This document shows, piece by piece, positions 1 to 10,142 of a stretch of DNA of 63,381 bases. Source of the stretch: an uncultured bacterium. Lineage in GTDB: Bacteria; Abyssobacteria; SURF-5. The position numbers and the translations under genes were made by a program. The notes under the pieces are model-generated. The model ran no database searches. It saw only the letters and a list, made by a program, of their open reading frames with translations, and was not told the origin of the DNA. Within the stretch, counting starts at the first letter, position 1. Each line of letters opens with the position of its first letter. The stretch lies in NCBI GenBank assembly GCA_964450145.1, contig CAYVDS010000005.1, forward strand, positions 1 through 63,381, written 5' to 3'.

Positions 1-63
1 TCGCATACGCGATGCGGAAAGAGCCTGAAAACATTATGCGAATAAATTCGCACCTGCAGAATC
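1..63. repeat. family A REP/REPIN-like doublet (left unit truncated by window edge)
   Basis: ..TCGCATACG - spacer - ATGCGAATAAATTCGCACCTGCAG. Same layout as 46702-46770. Confidence 0.7.
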
Positions 64-2153
64 CCATCTTGGTTCGTCAATTACGAGACAATCTCAAAGG
101 GGTCTCTTTTTTCTATCCTGTCTTTATTTTCCTCATAAGCTTGACCATCTATGTCCGTACGATGCCGCCCGGCATCGCGGCAGTCGGCTACTCCGCCGAC
201 ACACTGAAATTTCAATACATCGGAAAGGTCCTCGGGACTCCGCATTTCGGCTATCCCACTTATATGTTCCTGAATATCCTCGTGAGCCGCATTCCACTAT
301 TTAATCTGGCTTATCGGCTGAATCTGGTGTCTGCGATTCTGGCGAGCGCTACGCTTGTCGCTCTCTATTTCATAATCTTGTCGTTATCGGGCAAGCGCCT
401 CGTCGCCTTTGCGTGCGCCCTGCTTTTTGGAGTCACTTACACGTTCTGGGAAAACTCGATAATCGCGGAGGTTTATTCGCTGAATACGCTTTTCATGTGT
501 GCGGTCCTGCTGCTCATGTTGCAGTGGAGAACAAGCGTGGAAAGAAGGACCGCCAATTCTGTAGGCGTCAGTTCATTCGCACAAGATGTCCCAAAACAGG
601 CGGACAATACTGTGCGAATAAATTCACACCTACAACAGCCTGATACAAGCACGTCATTGTCGGATAGACTTGACGGGGCAGATTTCCATTATTACCTCGC
701 CTGTCTTGTCTATGCTCTCAGCTTCGGAAACCATCTGATAGGGATAACGATGCTGCCCGCGCTCGTCTATTGGACATTCGCGGTAGACTGCAAGATACTC
801 CTAAAGAGGAAGACCTGGCTTCTTATCGCCGTCTTCGTCTTCTTGGGGATATCCCAATATGGATACGTGCTGCTGCGGTCGTACCAGAATCCCCCCGGAG
901 AAAAGGTCTTTCAGTACTGGCCATATTCGGAGGATTTCGGCAAAACGCATCTTGAGACGAATGCCCGCTCGATTCCTGACCTCTTCGACAAAGTATCCGG
1001 CGACCGGTGGAAGAACAGGTTGGTGGAGCATCCGGCAGTAAAGAGCGTGTCGGGAGAACGACTCACATTTTTGCGGAATCTGTTTGTTCTCCAGTTTAGC
1101 CCGGTGGGCGCCGCCCTCGGGCTCACCGGCATCGGCTTCGCATTTGTGCGAGAACGGAAGCGCGCGCTGTTTTTTCTGCTGATGCTGCTTTCGCATCTCG
1201 CTTTTTTGACGATGTGGGCGATGGCGGGCGTCTACGGAGTGGACGTGCACGCCATTCCCAGCTATCTGGCGCTGACCATATTCATTGCGCACAACGACAA
1301 CCTGTTCGGGCCGTCGTGGTTCTCGCGACACGGCGGAGTCCAGCGCGCGGGACGGATATGCCTCGCGGTCCTGGTCATCGGCCTGGCGGTTTTCCTTGCT
1401 GTGTCACGCTATCACAAAATAGACCAAAGCAAGAACGTCTGGCTCGCGGATATGCTCGATGCGGTTGCGCCGAAAATCCCTGACGATTCAATCATATTCA
1501 CCAACCACGTGTATGCGACCGCCTTCTGGTACAAACTTTACGGCGAGAACGCGCGCCCCGGCTCGCATATTACGGCGCATCCCATTTGGACGATTTACCA
1601 TGAAGACCTTGAATATGCGATGAAACATTATCGCAACGTCTATTACATGGTGGACGAACCTTACTGGCCGATTCTTAAGGACATGGGAGTCAACTTCGAA
1701 GTAGAGAATTACTCCGCCCGCGGACTGCGGGATTATCTTTCAGGATTCAAGCCGGGAGAAATCGTCGCGGCGTATGCTGTGGCCGGAGACGGAGATGCAG
1801 AGCAGGACGGAGGATTCAGCGTCTTGGGACTTGTCGGAGAACGCGGGAGCATGCGCGTTCTCAGAATGTCGCTAGGGCCGCTCTCGCTGAGGAGACACAC
1901 GGAAATCGAAGGGATAAAGCTTCCTGCGGACATATCGGTGACTCTGGGCGGGGATATATATATCGATAAAACGAACTGCGCTCGCTACAGAAAACCCGTC
2001 AACCTTGTCACCCTCGACCCTGTTAGCGGGAAGGTGAGCGGAATGGTTTACGTCGACTGGAAGCGCGGAGAAACGGTCGACCCGGTATATTTGTTGCGGG
2101 TCAAGTCCTACGCGAAACCGGCCCCCCGTATTGCGCTAGTGCAGTGTCTCTAA
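12..2153 (+). CDS. DUF2723/TMEM260-like polytopic membrane glycosyltransferase (GT-C type)
   Basis: 713-aa ORF with many hydrophobic helices in the N-terminal two thirds and a soluble C-terminal domain. The loop GYSADTLKFQYIGKVLGTPHFGYPTYMF resembles the conserved first loop of DUF2723 proteins. Start uncertain: ATG 12, ATG 36 and TTG 69 all lie in or beside a repeat unit. Carries an in-frame repeat at 559-638. Confidence 0.6.
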   Translation: MRKEPENIMRINSHLQNPILVRQLRDNLKGVSFFYPVFIFLISLTIYVRTMPPGIAAVGYSADTLKFQYIGKVLGTPHFGYPTYMFLNILVSRIPLFNLAYRLNLVSAILASATLVALYFIILSLSGKRLVAFACALLFGVTYTFWENSIIAEVYSLNTLFMCAVLLLMLQWRTSVERRTANSVGVSSFAQDVPKQADNTVRINSHLQQPDTSTSLSDRLDGADFHYYLACLVYALSFGNHLIGITMLPALVYWTFAVDCKILLKRKTWLLIAVFVFLGISQYGYVLLRSYQNPPGEKVFQYWPYSEDFGKTHLETNARSIPDLFDKVSGDRWKNRLVEHPAVKSVSGERLTFLRNLFVLQFSPVGAALGLTGIGFAFVRERKRALFFLLMLLSHLAFLTMWAMAGVYGVDVHAIPSYLALTIFIAHNDNLFGPSWFSRHGGVQRAGRICLAVLVIGLAVFLAVSRYHKIDQSKNVWLADMLDAVAPKIPDDSIIFTNHVYATAFWYKLYGENARPGSHITAHPIWTIYHEDLEYAMKHYRNVYYMVDEPYWPILKDMGVNFEVENYSARGLRDYLSGFKPGEIVAAYAVAGDGDAEQDGGFSVLGLVGERGSMRVLRMSLGPLSLRRHTEIEGIKLPADISVTLGGDIYIDKTNCARYRKPVNLVTLDPVSGKVSGMVYVDWKRGETVDPVYLLRVKSYAKPAPRIALVQCL
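559..638. repeat. family A doublet inside the DUF2723 CDS (in frame)
   Basis: CTGTAGGCGTCAGTTCATTCGCAC - spacer - GTGCGAATAAATTCACACCTACAACAG. Confidence 0.75.
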
Positions 2154-2171
2154 CGAACGCTTCCCGGCTGC

Positions 2172-2226
2172 GGGGACAGTCCCGATTCTACGGCGCAAAG
2201 CGCCCGTAAATCTTGGGACAGTCCCC
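2172..2226. repeat. two collapsed family-B-like palindromes
   Basis: GGGGACAGTCCC twice, i.e. the B stem ends (CGGGGACA...TGTCCCCG) without the central part. Confidence 0.4.
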
Positions 2227-2294
2227 TTCGCAGCGCGTCAAGCTATTTTTGAGATTACGCTATGGCACACCCGACTCTTGCTCTTCCCCCATTG

Positions 2295-2363
2295 TGTGGG
2301 CGCCAATTCATTCGCATATACGAGCTGAAAACAGCCATTGTGCGAATGAATTCGCACCTACGG
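2295..2363. repeat. family A doublet
   Basis: TGTGGGCGCCAATTCATTCGCATATACG - spacer - GTGCGAATGAATTCGCACCTACGG. Confidence 0.75.
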
Positions 2364-2452
2364 GGGTCCAGGAGATTTCGCAATGCGGACACATGCATTT
2401 TCAATTATGTCGCCAATCGTCCTAGCTGTTCGCCGTTTCTGTTCGCCGTTTC

Positions 2453-2482
2453 TTGACGCGGCGCTCCGGCGCATGATATAGT
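2453..2482 (+). promoter_or_regulatory. sigma70-like promoter upstream of ykgJ-like/carB
   Basis: TTGACG - 18 nt - TATAGT. Position anchored to ORFs 2262..2456 and 2481..2669. Confidence 0.45.
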
Positions 2483-2520
2483 GATACGGTTTTTGTGTAA
2501 AAAGAGGAGAAACTTGCCCC

Positions 2521-2772
2521 GTGCCGACCGCGGATGCGAAAGCCTTAGGGCTGAAGATTCAGAGGACGTTTACCGCCTTTTTGCCCATCGACGAGGACAG
2601 AAAGGGAGCGTGCCGCAGGTGCGGCCAATGCTGCAAGTTCTTCTTCGAATGCCCGTTTTACGACGGTGAAGGATGTGTTATCTATTCGCTTCGACCCCCG
2701 CAATGCCGCAAGTATCCGCGCGCGAAAGACGAATCGATCGTGCCGGGTTGCGGATTCACATTTGGCGAATAA
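2521..2772 (+). CDS. YkgJ-family cysteine-cluster protein (CxxCxxCC)
   Basis: 83 aa, GTG start about 11 nt after GAGGAG. CRRCGQCC...CPF...GCVIY...RPPQCRKYP fits the UPF0153/YkgJ Cys pattern. Confidence 0.6.
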   Translation: MPTADAKALGLKIQRTFTAFLPIDEDRKGACRRCGQCCKFFFECPFYDGEGCVIYSLRPPQCRKYPRAKDESIVPGCGFTFGE

Positions 2773-2826
2773 GCCCTTCCGGGCGGTCCGGCGCATCGGC
2801 CGGATTCAACGAATTCTTTATTTCCA

Positions 2827-5800
2827 ATGCCGAAACGCACTGATATCCGCAAGATACTTATAATCGGTTCCGGCCCGATCATAATCGGGCAGGCCTGCGA
2901 GTTCGATTACTCGGGTGCGCAGGCGTGCAAGGCCCTCAAGGAAGAGGGTTACGAGATCGTGCTCGTAAACAGCAACCCCGCCACCATCATGACCGATCCC
3001 GACATGGCCGACCGGACGTACATCGAGCCGCTCGTGCCCGAAGTTGTGGAAAAGATAATCGAGCGCGAGAGGCCGCAGGCGCTTTTGCCGACTCTCGGGG
3101 GCCAGACGGGCCTCAACCTGGCAGTTGATCTCGCGAACCTCGGCATCCTTGACAAGTACGGCGTCGAGCTGATAGGCGCGAAGTTGCATGCGATAAGAAA
3201 AGCCGAGGACCGCTCGCTATTCAAGGAGGCGATGGACAGGATCGGCCTCGAACTGCCTCGGAGCTTTCACTGTTACACACTTGAACAGGCGATGGCCGAG
3301 ATTAGCAAGTTGGGCTTCCCGGCGGTTATTCGCCCTTCGTTTACGCTCGGGGGGACCGGCGGGAGCGTCGCTTACAACATGGAGGAGTTCGAGCGCGTGG
3401 TCAAGTGGGGCCTCGATGCGAGCCCCATCAGCGAGGCGCTCGTCGAGGAGTCTGTTGTCGGCTGGAAAGAATACGAACTCGAGGTGATGCGCGACGGCGC
3501 CGACAACGTAGTGATCATCTGTTCGATCGAGAATTTCGACCCGATGGGCATCCATACGGGCGACAGCATCACGGTCGCCCCGGCGCAGACGCTTTCGGAT
3601 AAAGAATATCAGATCATGCGCGACGCCGCGATCGCCGTCATCCGCGAGATAGGCGTGGACACGGGCGGATCGAATATCCAGTTCGCCGTAGACCCGTCGA
3701 ACGGCAGAATGGTCATCATCGAGATGAACCCGCGCGTGTCGCGCAGCTCAGCGCTCGCCTCGAAGGCGACCGGCTTCCCCATCGCGAAGATTGCAGCCAA
3801 GCTGGCGGTCGGTTACACGCTCGATGAAATCCCGAACGACATCACGAAGAAGACCCCCGCCTCTTTTGAACCGACAATAGACTATTGCGTCGTCAAAATT
3901 CCTCGTTGGGCGTTCGAGAAATTCCCCGGGGCCGACCCGCGCCTCACGATCCAGATGAAGAGCGTCGGCGAGACCATGAGCATCGGTCGCACCTTCAAGG
4001 AGTCGCTGCAGAAAGGGCTGCGCTCGCTCGAGATCGACCGGTATGGGCTCGGGTGCGACGGAAAGGCAATGCAGTTCCGCGCGGACGGTGCGGACGCCGG
4101 AACCCTTGATAAGATCAGGGAGAAACTGCGGACCCCCACCAGCGAACGTATTTTCTACCTCCGCGAGGCCATCCTTGCAGGTCTGAGCGTCGAGGAAATG
4201 CACTCGCTCACGCGTATAGACCCGTGGTTCCTCAATAATATGAAGGACATCATCGAGATGGAGCGGCGCCTCCGGTCCGCGGACGGACAGATAGCGGAAT
4301 TGATGCGCGGCGCCCTCGATGAGGGCAAAATCCCGGAAGCGAGACTTCTTTTGAAAGAAGCGAAACAATACGGCTTTTCTGACCGCCAGCTAGCCCATCT
4401 CTGGGATTCGGATGAGATCACCGTCAGGAACGTCCGGAAGAAATTGGGAATCGAGGCCACGTTCAAGCTTGTGGATACGTGTGCGGCCGAATTTGAGGCG
4501 TACACGCCGTATTACTACTCGACATATTCTGAGGAAGATGAGGTCCGGCGCTCGAACAAAAAGAAAATCATGATACTGGGCGGCGGTCCGAATCGAATCG
4601 GCCAGGGGATAGAGTTCGATTATTGCTGCGTGCACGCGGCCTTTGCGCTTAAAGAAGAGGGCTGCGAGACCATCATGGTCAACAGCAACCCCGAAACCGT
4701 AAGCACCGACTATGACACCTCGGATAAGCTCTACTTTGAGCCGCTCACACTCGAGGACGTGCTAAACATCGTGGACAAGGAGAAGCCCGACGGCGTCATC
4801 GTTCAGTTTGGAGGGCAGACCCCGCTCAAGCTGGCCGTCCCGCTGAAGAAAGCCGGCGTGCCGATAATCGGCACGTCACCTGAGAGCATCGACATGGCCG
4901 AAGACCGCGAGCTTTTCCGGCAGATACTTGACCGGTTGGGGCTGAAGCAAGCCCCGAGCGGTACCGCGTTTTCCGCCGACGAGGCTCTCGCGATTGCGCG
5001 GCGCATCGGGTATCCGGCGCTGGTGAGGCCGTCTTACGTGCTCGGTGGCAGGGCGATGATTATCGTTTACGACGACGAGCAATTAAGGGGATACATGGCG
5101 GTGGCCCGCGAAGCATCGCCTGACCACCCGATTCTCGTTGATAAGTTTCTGGAGGACGCCACCGAGATAGACGTCGACGCCGTATGCGACGGCAAAGAAG
5201 TCGTTGTTGCAGGCATCATGGAGCACATCGAGCTGGCGGGAATACATTCCGGCGACAGCGCATGCGTCCTGCCGCCTCACACCCTCAGTTCTCGACAGAT
5301 GCAATTGTTAAAGGAGCAAACGTGCGCACTTGCTTTGGCGCTTGAGGTGGTGGGCCTTATCAACATCCAGTTCGCAATCAAAGGCGAGGATATTTATGTC
5401 CTCGAGGTTAATCCGCGCGCGTCGAGGACCGTCCCGTTTGTCTCTAAGGCGACGGGTGTGCCGTGGGCCAAGGTGGCAGCGCGCTTGATGATAGGGCGGA
5501 CACTGAAGGAGCTTGGAGTCGGCTCGGCGCCGTCGCCGAGGCATTTCGCCGTGAAGGAGGCGGTTCTCCCATTCATTAAGTTCTCAGGGGTAGACACGGT
5601 TCTCGGACCAGAGATGAAATCGACGGGGGAAGTAATGGGCATAGACCGCACATTCGGGCTTGCTTTTGCGAAATCGCAATTGGCGGTAAACTTGTCTCTC
5701 CCATCCTGTGGCAAAGTTCTCATCAGCGTCAATGATGCGGACAAAGATAAGATCGTCGCCATTGCCGGCAGGTTCAGTAAGCTGGGGTTTGCTCTCATGG

Positions 5801-6120
5801 CGACGCGCGGAACAGCCGCGTTCCTTTCAGGCCGGGGTCTCGATGTCGAGATGGCCTATAAGGTCAACGAGAATCGGCCTAACATTGTTGATCGCGTGAA
5901 AAACCATGAGATCGCGCTTATCATAAATACGCCGCTGGGCAAGACATCCGCGTTCGATGAGCTGGCGATTCGGAGGGCCGCGGTCGATTATCGAATACCG
6001 TATATAACTACGATTGCCGGCGCGCAGGCGACCGTAAGCGGCCTCGAGGAGGCGCTCGCGCCCGGCGGGCTCACCGTCAAATGCTTACAGGAGTATAATG
6101 TGGAATCGCATATGCAATGA
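2827..6120 (+). CDS. carB: carbamoyl-phosphate synthase large subunit
   Basis: 1097 aa. Duplicated ATP-grasp halves ([19 protein letters not shown] and [18 protein letters not shown]), [22 protein letters not shown]-like C-terminal domain. Confidence 0.97.
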   Translation: MPKRTDIRKILIIGSGPIIIGQACEFDYSGAQACKALKEEGYEIVLVNSNPATIMTDPDMADRTYIEPLVPEVVEKIIERERPQALLPTLGGQTGLNLAVDLANLGILDKYGVELIGAKLHAIRKAEDRSLFKEAMDRIGLELPRSFHCYTLEQAMAEISKLGFPAVIRPSFTLGGTGGSVAYNMEEFERVVKWGLDASPISEALVEESVVGWKEYELEVMRDGADNVVIICSIENFDPMGIHTGDSITVAPAQTLSDKEYQIMRDAAIAVIREIGVDTGGSNIQFAVDPSNGRMVIIEMNPRVSRSSALASKATGFPIAKIAAKLAVGYTLDEIPNDITKKTPASFEPTIDYCVVKIPRWAFEKFPGADPRLTIQMKSVGETMSIGRTFKESLQKGLRSLEIDRYGLGCDGKAMQFRADGADAGTLDKIREKLRTPTSERIFYLREAILAGLSVEEMHSLTRIDPWFLNNMKDIIEMERRLRSADGQIAELMRGALDEGKIPEARLLLKEAKQYGFSDRQLAHLWDSDEITVRNVRKKLGIEATFKLVDTCAAEFEAYTPYYYSTYSEEDEVRRSNKKKIMILGGGPNRIGQGIEFDYCCVHAAFALKEEGCETIMVNSNPETVSTDYDTSDKLYFEPLTLEDVLNIVDKEKPDGVIVQFGGQTPLKLAVPLKKAGVPIIGTSPESIDMAEDRELFRQILDRLGLKQAPSGTAFSADEALAIARRIGYPALVRPSYVLGGRAMIIVYDDEQLRGYMAVAREASPDHPILVDKFLEDATEIDVDAVCDGKEVVVAGIMEHIELAGIHSGDSACVLPPHTLSSRQMQLLKEQTCALALALEVVGLINIQFAIKGEDIYVLEVNPRASRTVPFVSKATGVPWAKVAARLMIGRTLKELGVGSAPSPRHFAVKEAVLPFIKFSGVDTVLGPEMKSTGEVMGIDRTFGLAFAKSQLAVNLSLPSCGKVLISVNDADKDKIVAIAGRFSKLGFALMATRGTAAFLSGRGLDVEMAYKVNENRPNIVDRVKNHEIALIINTPLGKTSAFDELAIRRAAVDYRIPYITTIAGAQATVSGLEEALAPGGLTVKCLQEYNVESHMQ

Positions 6121-6200
6121 GACCGCGAAATAGAGATTGTCCGGCAATTGCATTTCCTGGTTGGTCTCAACATTGGACCTTTCTGCTTTGTCCAGACTGC

Positions 6201-6230
6201 TTGACTGTCACTTATTCAGCCTTGTATAAT
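6201..6230 (+). promoter_or_regulatory. sigma70-like promoter upstream of the ABC-2 operon
   Basis: TTGACT - 18 nt - TATAAT, 66 nt before ATG 6296. Confidence 0.5.
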
Positions 6231-6295
6231 GGTTTTTCGGAGTTTCCCGCCCAATTTCGGGAGTCACGGAGTGTAAAGTCGGAGAATAAAGTATT

Positions 6296-7258
6296 ATGCC
6301 TCCAGCCATTGAAATCAACAATTTAACAAAGACTTACCGCTCGCTATTCGGCCTTCGTAAGGTCACTGCGGTGGACAACCTCAGCCTTCATGTCGAAGAA
6401 GGCGAAGTGTTCGGGTTTCTCGGTCCGAATGGCGCCGGAAAGACGACCACGATAAAGATTCTGCTCGGCATACTTTATCCGACCTCGGGCGAGTGCAAGC
6501 TTTTCGGGGAACAATTCACCTCGAGCGGCGCGTTTGCGCCCGAGACCGCCGCCAGCAGGCTGAAGTCGAGCATCGGGTATCTCCCTGAGGGGCCGTATTT
6601 TCACGAATTTCTTACCGGGAGGGAAGTCCTCGCCTTTTACGGACGGCTCTATGGCTTAAGGGGGGCGGACCTGAAGAAACGGATCGGCGAGACGCTCGAA
6701 CTGGTCGGGATGGACTACGCCGCCGACCGGCTCGTGCAGCACTATTCGAAGGGGATGCGCCAGCGCATCGGATTGGCGCAGGCTCTCTTGAGCGACCCGA
6801 AGCTCCTGATACTCGATGAGCCGACTGTCGGCCTCGACCCGATAGCCCGACGCGAGATAAGGGACCTGCTGCTCAAGTTGAAAGCTCTCGGAAAGACGCT
6901 GTTCATCTGCTCCCACGAACTGAGCGAGGTCGAGATGGTCTGCGAAAAGATAGGGATAGTCAACCGCGGCAAGCTGATCAAGTATGGCAAGCTTGTGGAG
7001 CTGGCGTTTAAGGACCGCGCCGTTGAGATTCATGTGTCTTCGCTCTCCGAGAATGCCCGCAAGAAGCTCGAGGCGATGAAATGCGATATCGGTAAACATG
7101 AGACAGGCCTTACCAGCATTCAACTGCCCGCGCGGCAGGCGGTTTACGAAATACTGGATGTATTGAAAGCGAATTCGGCGGAGATCGTTGAGGTTCTCTC
7201 GCAGAAAGAATCCCTGGAGGACCTTTTCATCCGGACAGTGAAGGAGGAAGTTGCGTGA
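6296..7258 (+). CDS. ABC transporter ATP-binding protein (ABC-2 type)
   Basis: Walker A GPNGAGKTT, signature YSKGMRQR, Walker B LLILDEPT, H-loop SHEL. Confidence 0.9.
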   Translation: MPPAIEINNLTKTYRSLFGLRKVTAVDNLSLHVEEGEVFGFLGPNGAGKTTTIKILLGILYPTSGECKLFGEQFTSSGAFAPETAASRLKSSIGYLPEGPYFHEFLTGREVLAFYGRLYGLRGADLKKRIGETLELVGMDYAADRLVQHYSKGMRQRIGLAQALLSDPKLLILDEPTVGLDPIARREIRDLLLKLKALGKTLFICSHELSEVEMVCEKIGIVNRGKLIKYGKLVELAFKDRAVEIHVSSLSENARKKLEAMKCDIGKHETGLTSIQLPARQAVYEILDVLKANSAEIVEVLSQKESLEDLFIRTVKEEVA

Positions 7259-8052
7259 ATTCGATTGTCATCGGGCTCAATGCCTACCGCGAATCAATCA
7301 GGAGGAAGACTCTCATCGCGTTTCTTCTTTTCGCGATGCTCGTGATAGGAACTTCCACGTTCTTGACCGTGCTTTCGCCGGGCGAAGAGATCAAGATGGT
7401 GAAGGACGTGTGCCTGAGTTCCATTTCCTTCTTCGGGATGCTCATAGCGGTGTTCGGAGCGGGCGCTCTGATACCACAGGAGACCGACAACAGAACCATC
7501 CACACGATTTTGTCGAAGCCCATGAAGCGCGCCACCTATCTGCTGGGGAAATATCTTGGCGCGCAGCTCACTATTTTGTTGAACATCGGGTTGATGTCGG
7601 TCCTGTTTCTGGTGATTCTCTACTTGCAGTCAAGACGGTACGTGGAGGAAACCCAGACGCCGTTTTCCATCACTGCGCTTGTCACCATGAAGGCGATGCT
7701 GCTGGTGTTTTTCGAGTTGCTTGTGCTTTCCGCGCTTGCGCTTGCGGTTTCGACATTGTCCACCTCGGCGACGCTGCCCGTGATAATCGGGATTTTCATT
7801 TATATCGTCGGCCATTCCGTCAACTATTTGAAGAATTTGAGCGAACATGCGCCTTCGGAACTGATGTCGGTCATCATCCGGCAGTTCTACCTCATACTGC
7901 CTAACTTCAGCAACTTCTACCTGAGAAACCAGTTGATACACAATGATCCGTACGTCCCACAAGGCATCTCGAAGCTGTTCATTTATGCCGTGCTGTACGC
8001 GGGGTTCGGCCTGGTCATAGCGTATCTGTTGTTCCGCAAAAAGGATATGTGA
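7255..8052 (+). CDS. ABC-2 type transporter permease
   Basis: 265 aa with about 6 hydrophobic helices. GTGA start/stop overlap with the ATPase gene suggests translational coupling. Confidence 0.7.
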   Translation: MNSIVIGLNAYRESIRRKTLIAFLLFAMLVIGTSTFLTVLSPGEEIKMVKDVCLSSISFFGMLIAVFGAGALIPQETDNRTIHTILSKPMKRATYLLGKYLGAQLTILLNIGLMSVLFLVILYLQSRRYVEETQTPFSITALVTMKAMLLVFFELLVLSALALAVSTLSTSATLPVIIGIFIYIVGHSVNYLKNLSEHAPSELMSVIIRQFYLILPNFSNFYLRNQLIHNDPYVPQGISKLFIYAVLYAGFGLVIAYLLFRKKDM

Positions 8053-8058
8053 GCTCAC

Positions 8059-9144
8059 ATGAAAAGCTGGAAAGAGAGGCTGACGTTCGGCGCGCTCGCG
8101 CTTGCTTTCCTTATCCCTATCTCAGTCGTGCAGCGAGGTATCGATGGAGACGAGGATCGGGTATTGTTCCTCAGATGGATCGATAATCAGGAGGCTTACG
8201 AGGGCCAGTTGCTGCAAAGGATTGCCAGTGGAACCGATGATCGCACTCCCGACGAGGAGGAGTTGTTCGAGAACGTCGAGGCGGTCGGCTCCTCCCTAAA
8301 TCAGGATTTCAACCAGCTTCCCGTCGGAGAGAAGTGGAAGACGCTGCGCAATCCTCAATTCGACTCGCTTTACCGACAGTTCTCGCTGCTCGCGAAACAG
8401 GCAAAGATAAGACCGGTCGAGGGTCAAATCGAGTGGAGTAATCCCGATGTCAGCGCCAATGTGGGCGCGCTCGTGTTGGGCTTCAGAAAACTTGTGGCGG
8501 ATTTGCTCTGGCTGAAGGTGGACCAATATTGGCATCTCGGCATGGTGCAGAGAATGCTGCCGACTATGGAGACGGTGGTCGCGCTCGACCCGCATTTCAT
8601 TGAAGCTTACGCGCTCGGGGCGTGGCACCTCGCTTACAACGTGACCGTGATGTTTCATTCGATGGACGAAAAGATGAAGTATATCGATCAGGGCATCCAC
8701 CTTCTCGAGAAGGGGGTAAAGAATAATCCGCGCAGTTCCAAGCTCTACGCGGAACTCGGCTTCACCATGTACTTCCGCAAATTGAGCGACTGGGAAAAAG
8801 CCGCCTACTACCTCGGCGAAGCTACGAAATACGAACACGAGCCGTGGGTCGAGCGAGCATACGCGCTTTCCCTCGAGCGACTGCGACAGGAAGAAAAGGC
8901 TCTTGCCATTCTCGAGGATTACGACCGGAGGCACCCTGAGTTGACTATGCAGCGATTTTCGATAGCCCGGATCAGGAAGAAACTCGAAGCCCGCCAACTC
9001 GAAAAAGATGGTAAGCTTGAACAGGCTTTGAGAATCTGGGATTTCTTGAGAAACGACGATCCGGCCGATGTCGTTGCCCCGAAAGAATTTTTGCGGATCA
9101 AGCAGGCACTGAGTGAGCAACACGGCGTCACCTCTAAAACTTGA
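8059..9144 (+). CDS. membrane-anchored helical-repeat (TPR-like) protein, function unknown
   Basis: 361 aa, N-terminal TM helix (LTFGALALAFLIPISVV), then helical repeats. Starts 7 nt after the permease gene, so probably the same operon. Confidence 0.4.
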   Translation: MKSWKERLTFGALALAFLIPISVVQRGIDGDEDRVLFLRWIDNQEAYEGQLLQRIASGTDDRTPDEEELFENVEAVGSSLNQDFNQLPVGEKWKTLRNPQFDSLYRQFSLLAKQAKIRPVEGQIEWSNPDVSANVGALVLGFRKLVADLLWLKVDQYWHLGMVQRMLPTMETVVALDPHFIEAYALGAWHLAYNVTVMFHSMDEKMKYIDQGIHLLEKGVKNNPRSSKLYAELGFTMYFRKLSDWEKAAYYLGEATKYEHEPWVERAYALSLERLRQEEKALAILEDYDRRHPELTMQRFSIARIRKKLEARQLEKDGKLEQALRIWDFLRNDDPADVVAPKEFLRIKQALSEQHGVTSKT

Positions 9145-9289
9145 TTCTTGGCCTTGTAGCTGATTCTCGACCGCCTTCGCTTGCCTAGCCTGACCAGAAC
9201 ACGCTCAAGGAGGAACCGGCTGAAGCCTGTTCGACGATCCGGCCAGCGCGTTTTTCAATAGCTCTCACCGGGCCAGCCGAAACCACGCA

Positions 9290-9970
9290 ATGAGCATAAA
9301 GACGAACCTCGCGCGTCTTTGCGAGCGCATCGAGCGCGCCGCCGAACGGGCGAGGCGAAACCCGGCCGACATAAAGCTCGTGGCGGTTACAAAAACAGTA
9401 GCAGTTGATAAGATAAAAGAGGCTATTGATTGCGGCATTAGCGTCATCGGCGAGAGCAGAGTTCATGAGGCGGCGGAAAAGCAGCCCTTGCTCGAGCGCG
9501 CGGTCGAGTGGCATATGATCGGACACCTCCAATCGCGGAAGGCGAAAGAGGCGGTTGAATTGTTCGATATGATCCAGTCGGTCGAGAGCATTTCCACCGC
9601 CGACGCGCTTCAAAAAAGGAGCGCGGAGACGGGGCGGGTCATGCCCATCCTTATCGAGGTTAACACCTCGGGCGAGGAGCAAAAGTATGGTGTCGCGCCT
9701 GGGGAAGCGGAATCGCTTGTTCGCGAGATTGCCACGCGACGCAACTTGCGCATTGAGGGCCTCATGACTATGGCGGCGCTGGTTCCGGACCCTGAGGAGG
9801 CGCGGCCGGCTTTCCGGCGGCTTCGTGAACTCGCCAAAATGCTCCGCGAGAAGAATGTTGAGGGGGCGAAGTTCGGCGTGCTCTCGATGGGCATGAGCAA
9901 CGACTTCGAGGTCGCGATAGAAGAAGGCTCCACCATGCTGCGGATCGGGACCGCGGTGTTCGCGGAATGA
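9290..9970 (+). CDS. yggS: YggS-family pyridoxal-phosphate homeostasis protein
   Basis: 226 aa. KLVAVTKTV (PLP Lys), WHMIGHLQSRKAK, LSMGMSNDFEVAIEEGSTMLRIGTAVF. Confidence 0.9.
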   Translation: MSIKTNLARLCERIERAAERARRNPADIKLVAVTKTVAVDKIKEAIDCGISVIGESRVHEAAEKQPLLERAVEWHMIGHLQSRKAKEAVELFDMIQSVESISTADALQKRSAETGRVMPILIEVNTSGEEQKYGVAPGEAESLVREIATRRNLRIEGLMTMAALVPDPEEARPAFRRLRELAKMLREKNVEGAKFGVLSMGMSNDFEVAIEEGSTMLRIGTAVFAE

Positions 9971-10033
9971 GAGGATGCAGACGAAAGGGGAACCTGCGCG
10001 TCCTTAATTCAGGGACGCCATATGGCATGGTTA

Positions 10034-10076
10034 GCTAATTCGGGGACACCTTGCCGCAAGGTGTCCCCGAATTAGC
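10034..10076. repeat. family B palindrome
   Basis: GCTAATTCGGGGACACCTTGCCGCAAGGTGTCCCCGAATTAGC (perfect 19-bp arms). Confidence 0.9.
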
Positions 10077-10142
10077 GGCTGCTTTCTTATAAGGGGCAAG
10101 GTCAAAAAGGGCCTCCTCGGTAAATCGAGACAGGAACAGGTA

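Noticed and set aside
9971-10142. T-box or leader-peptide attenuator upstream of pheS
   Set aside because: No specifier or T-box consensus and no Phe-rich leader ORF. The spacer is largely a family B palindrome.
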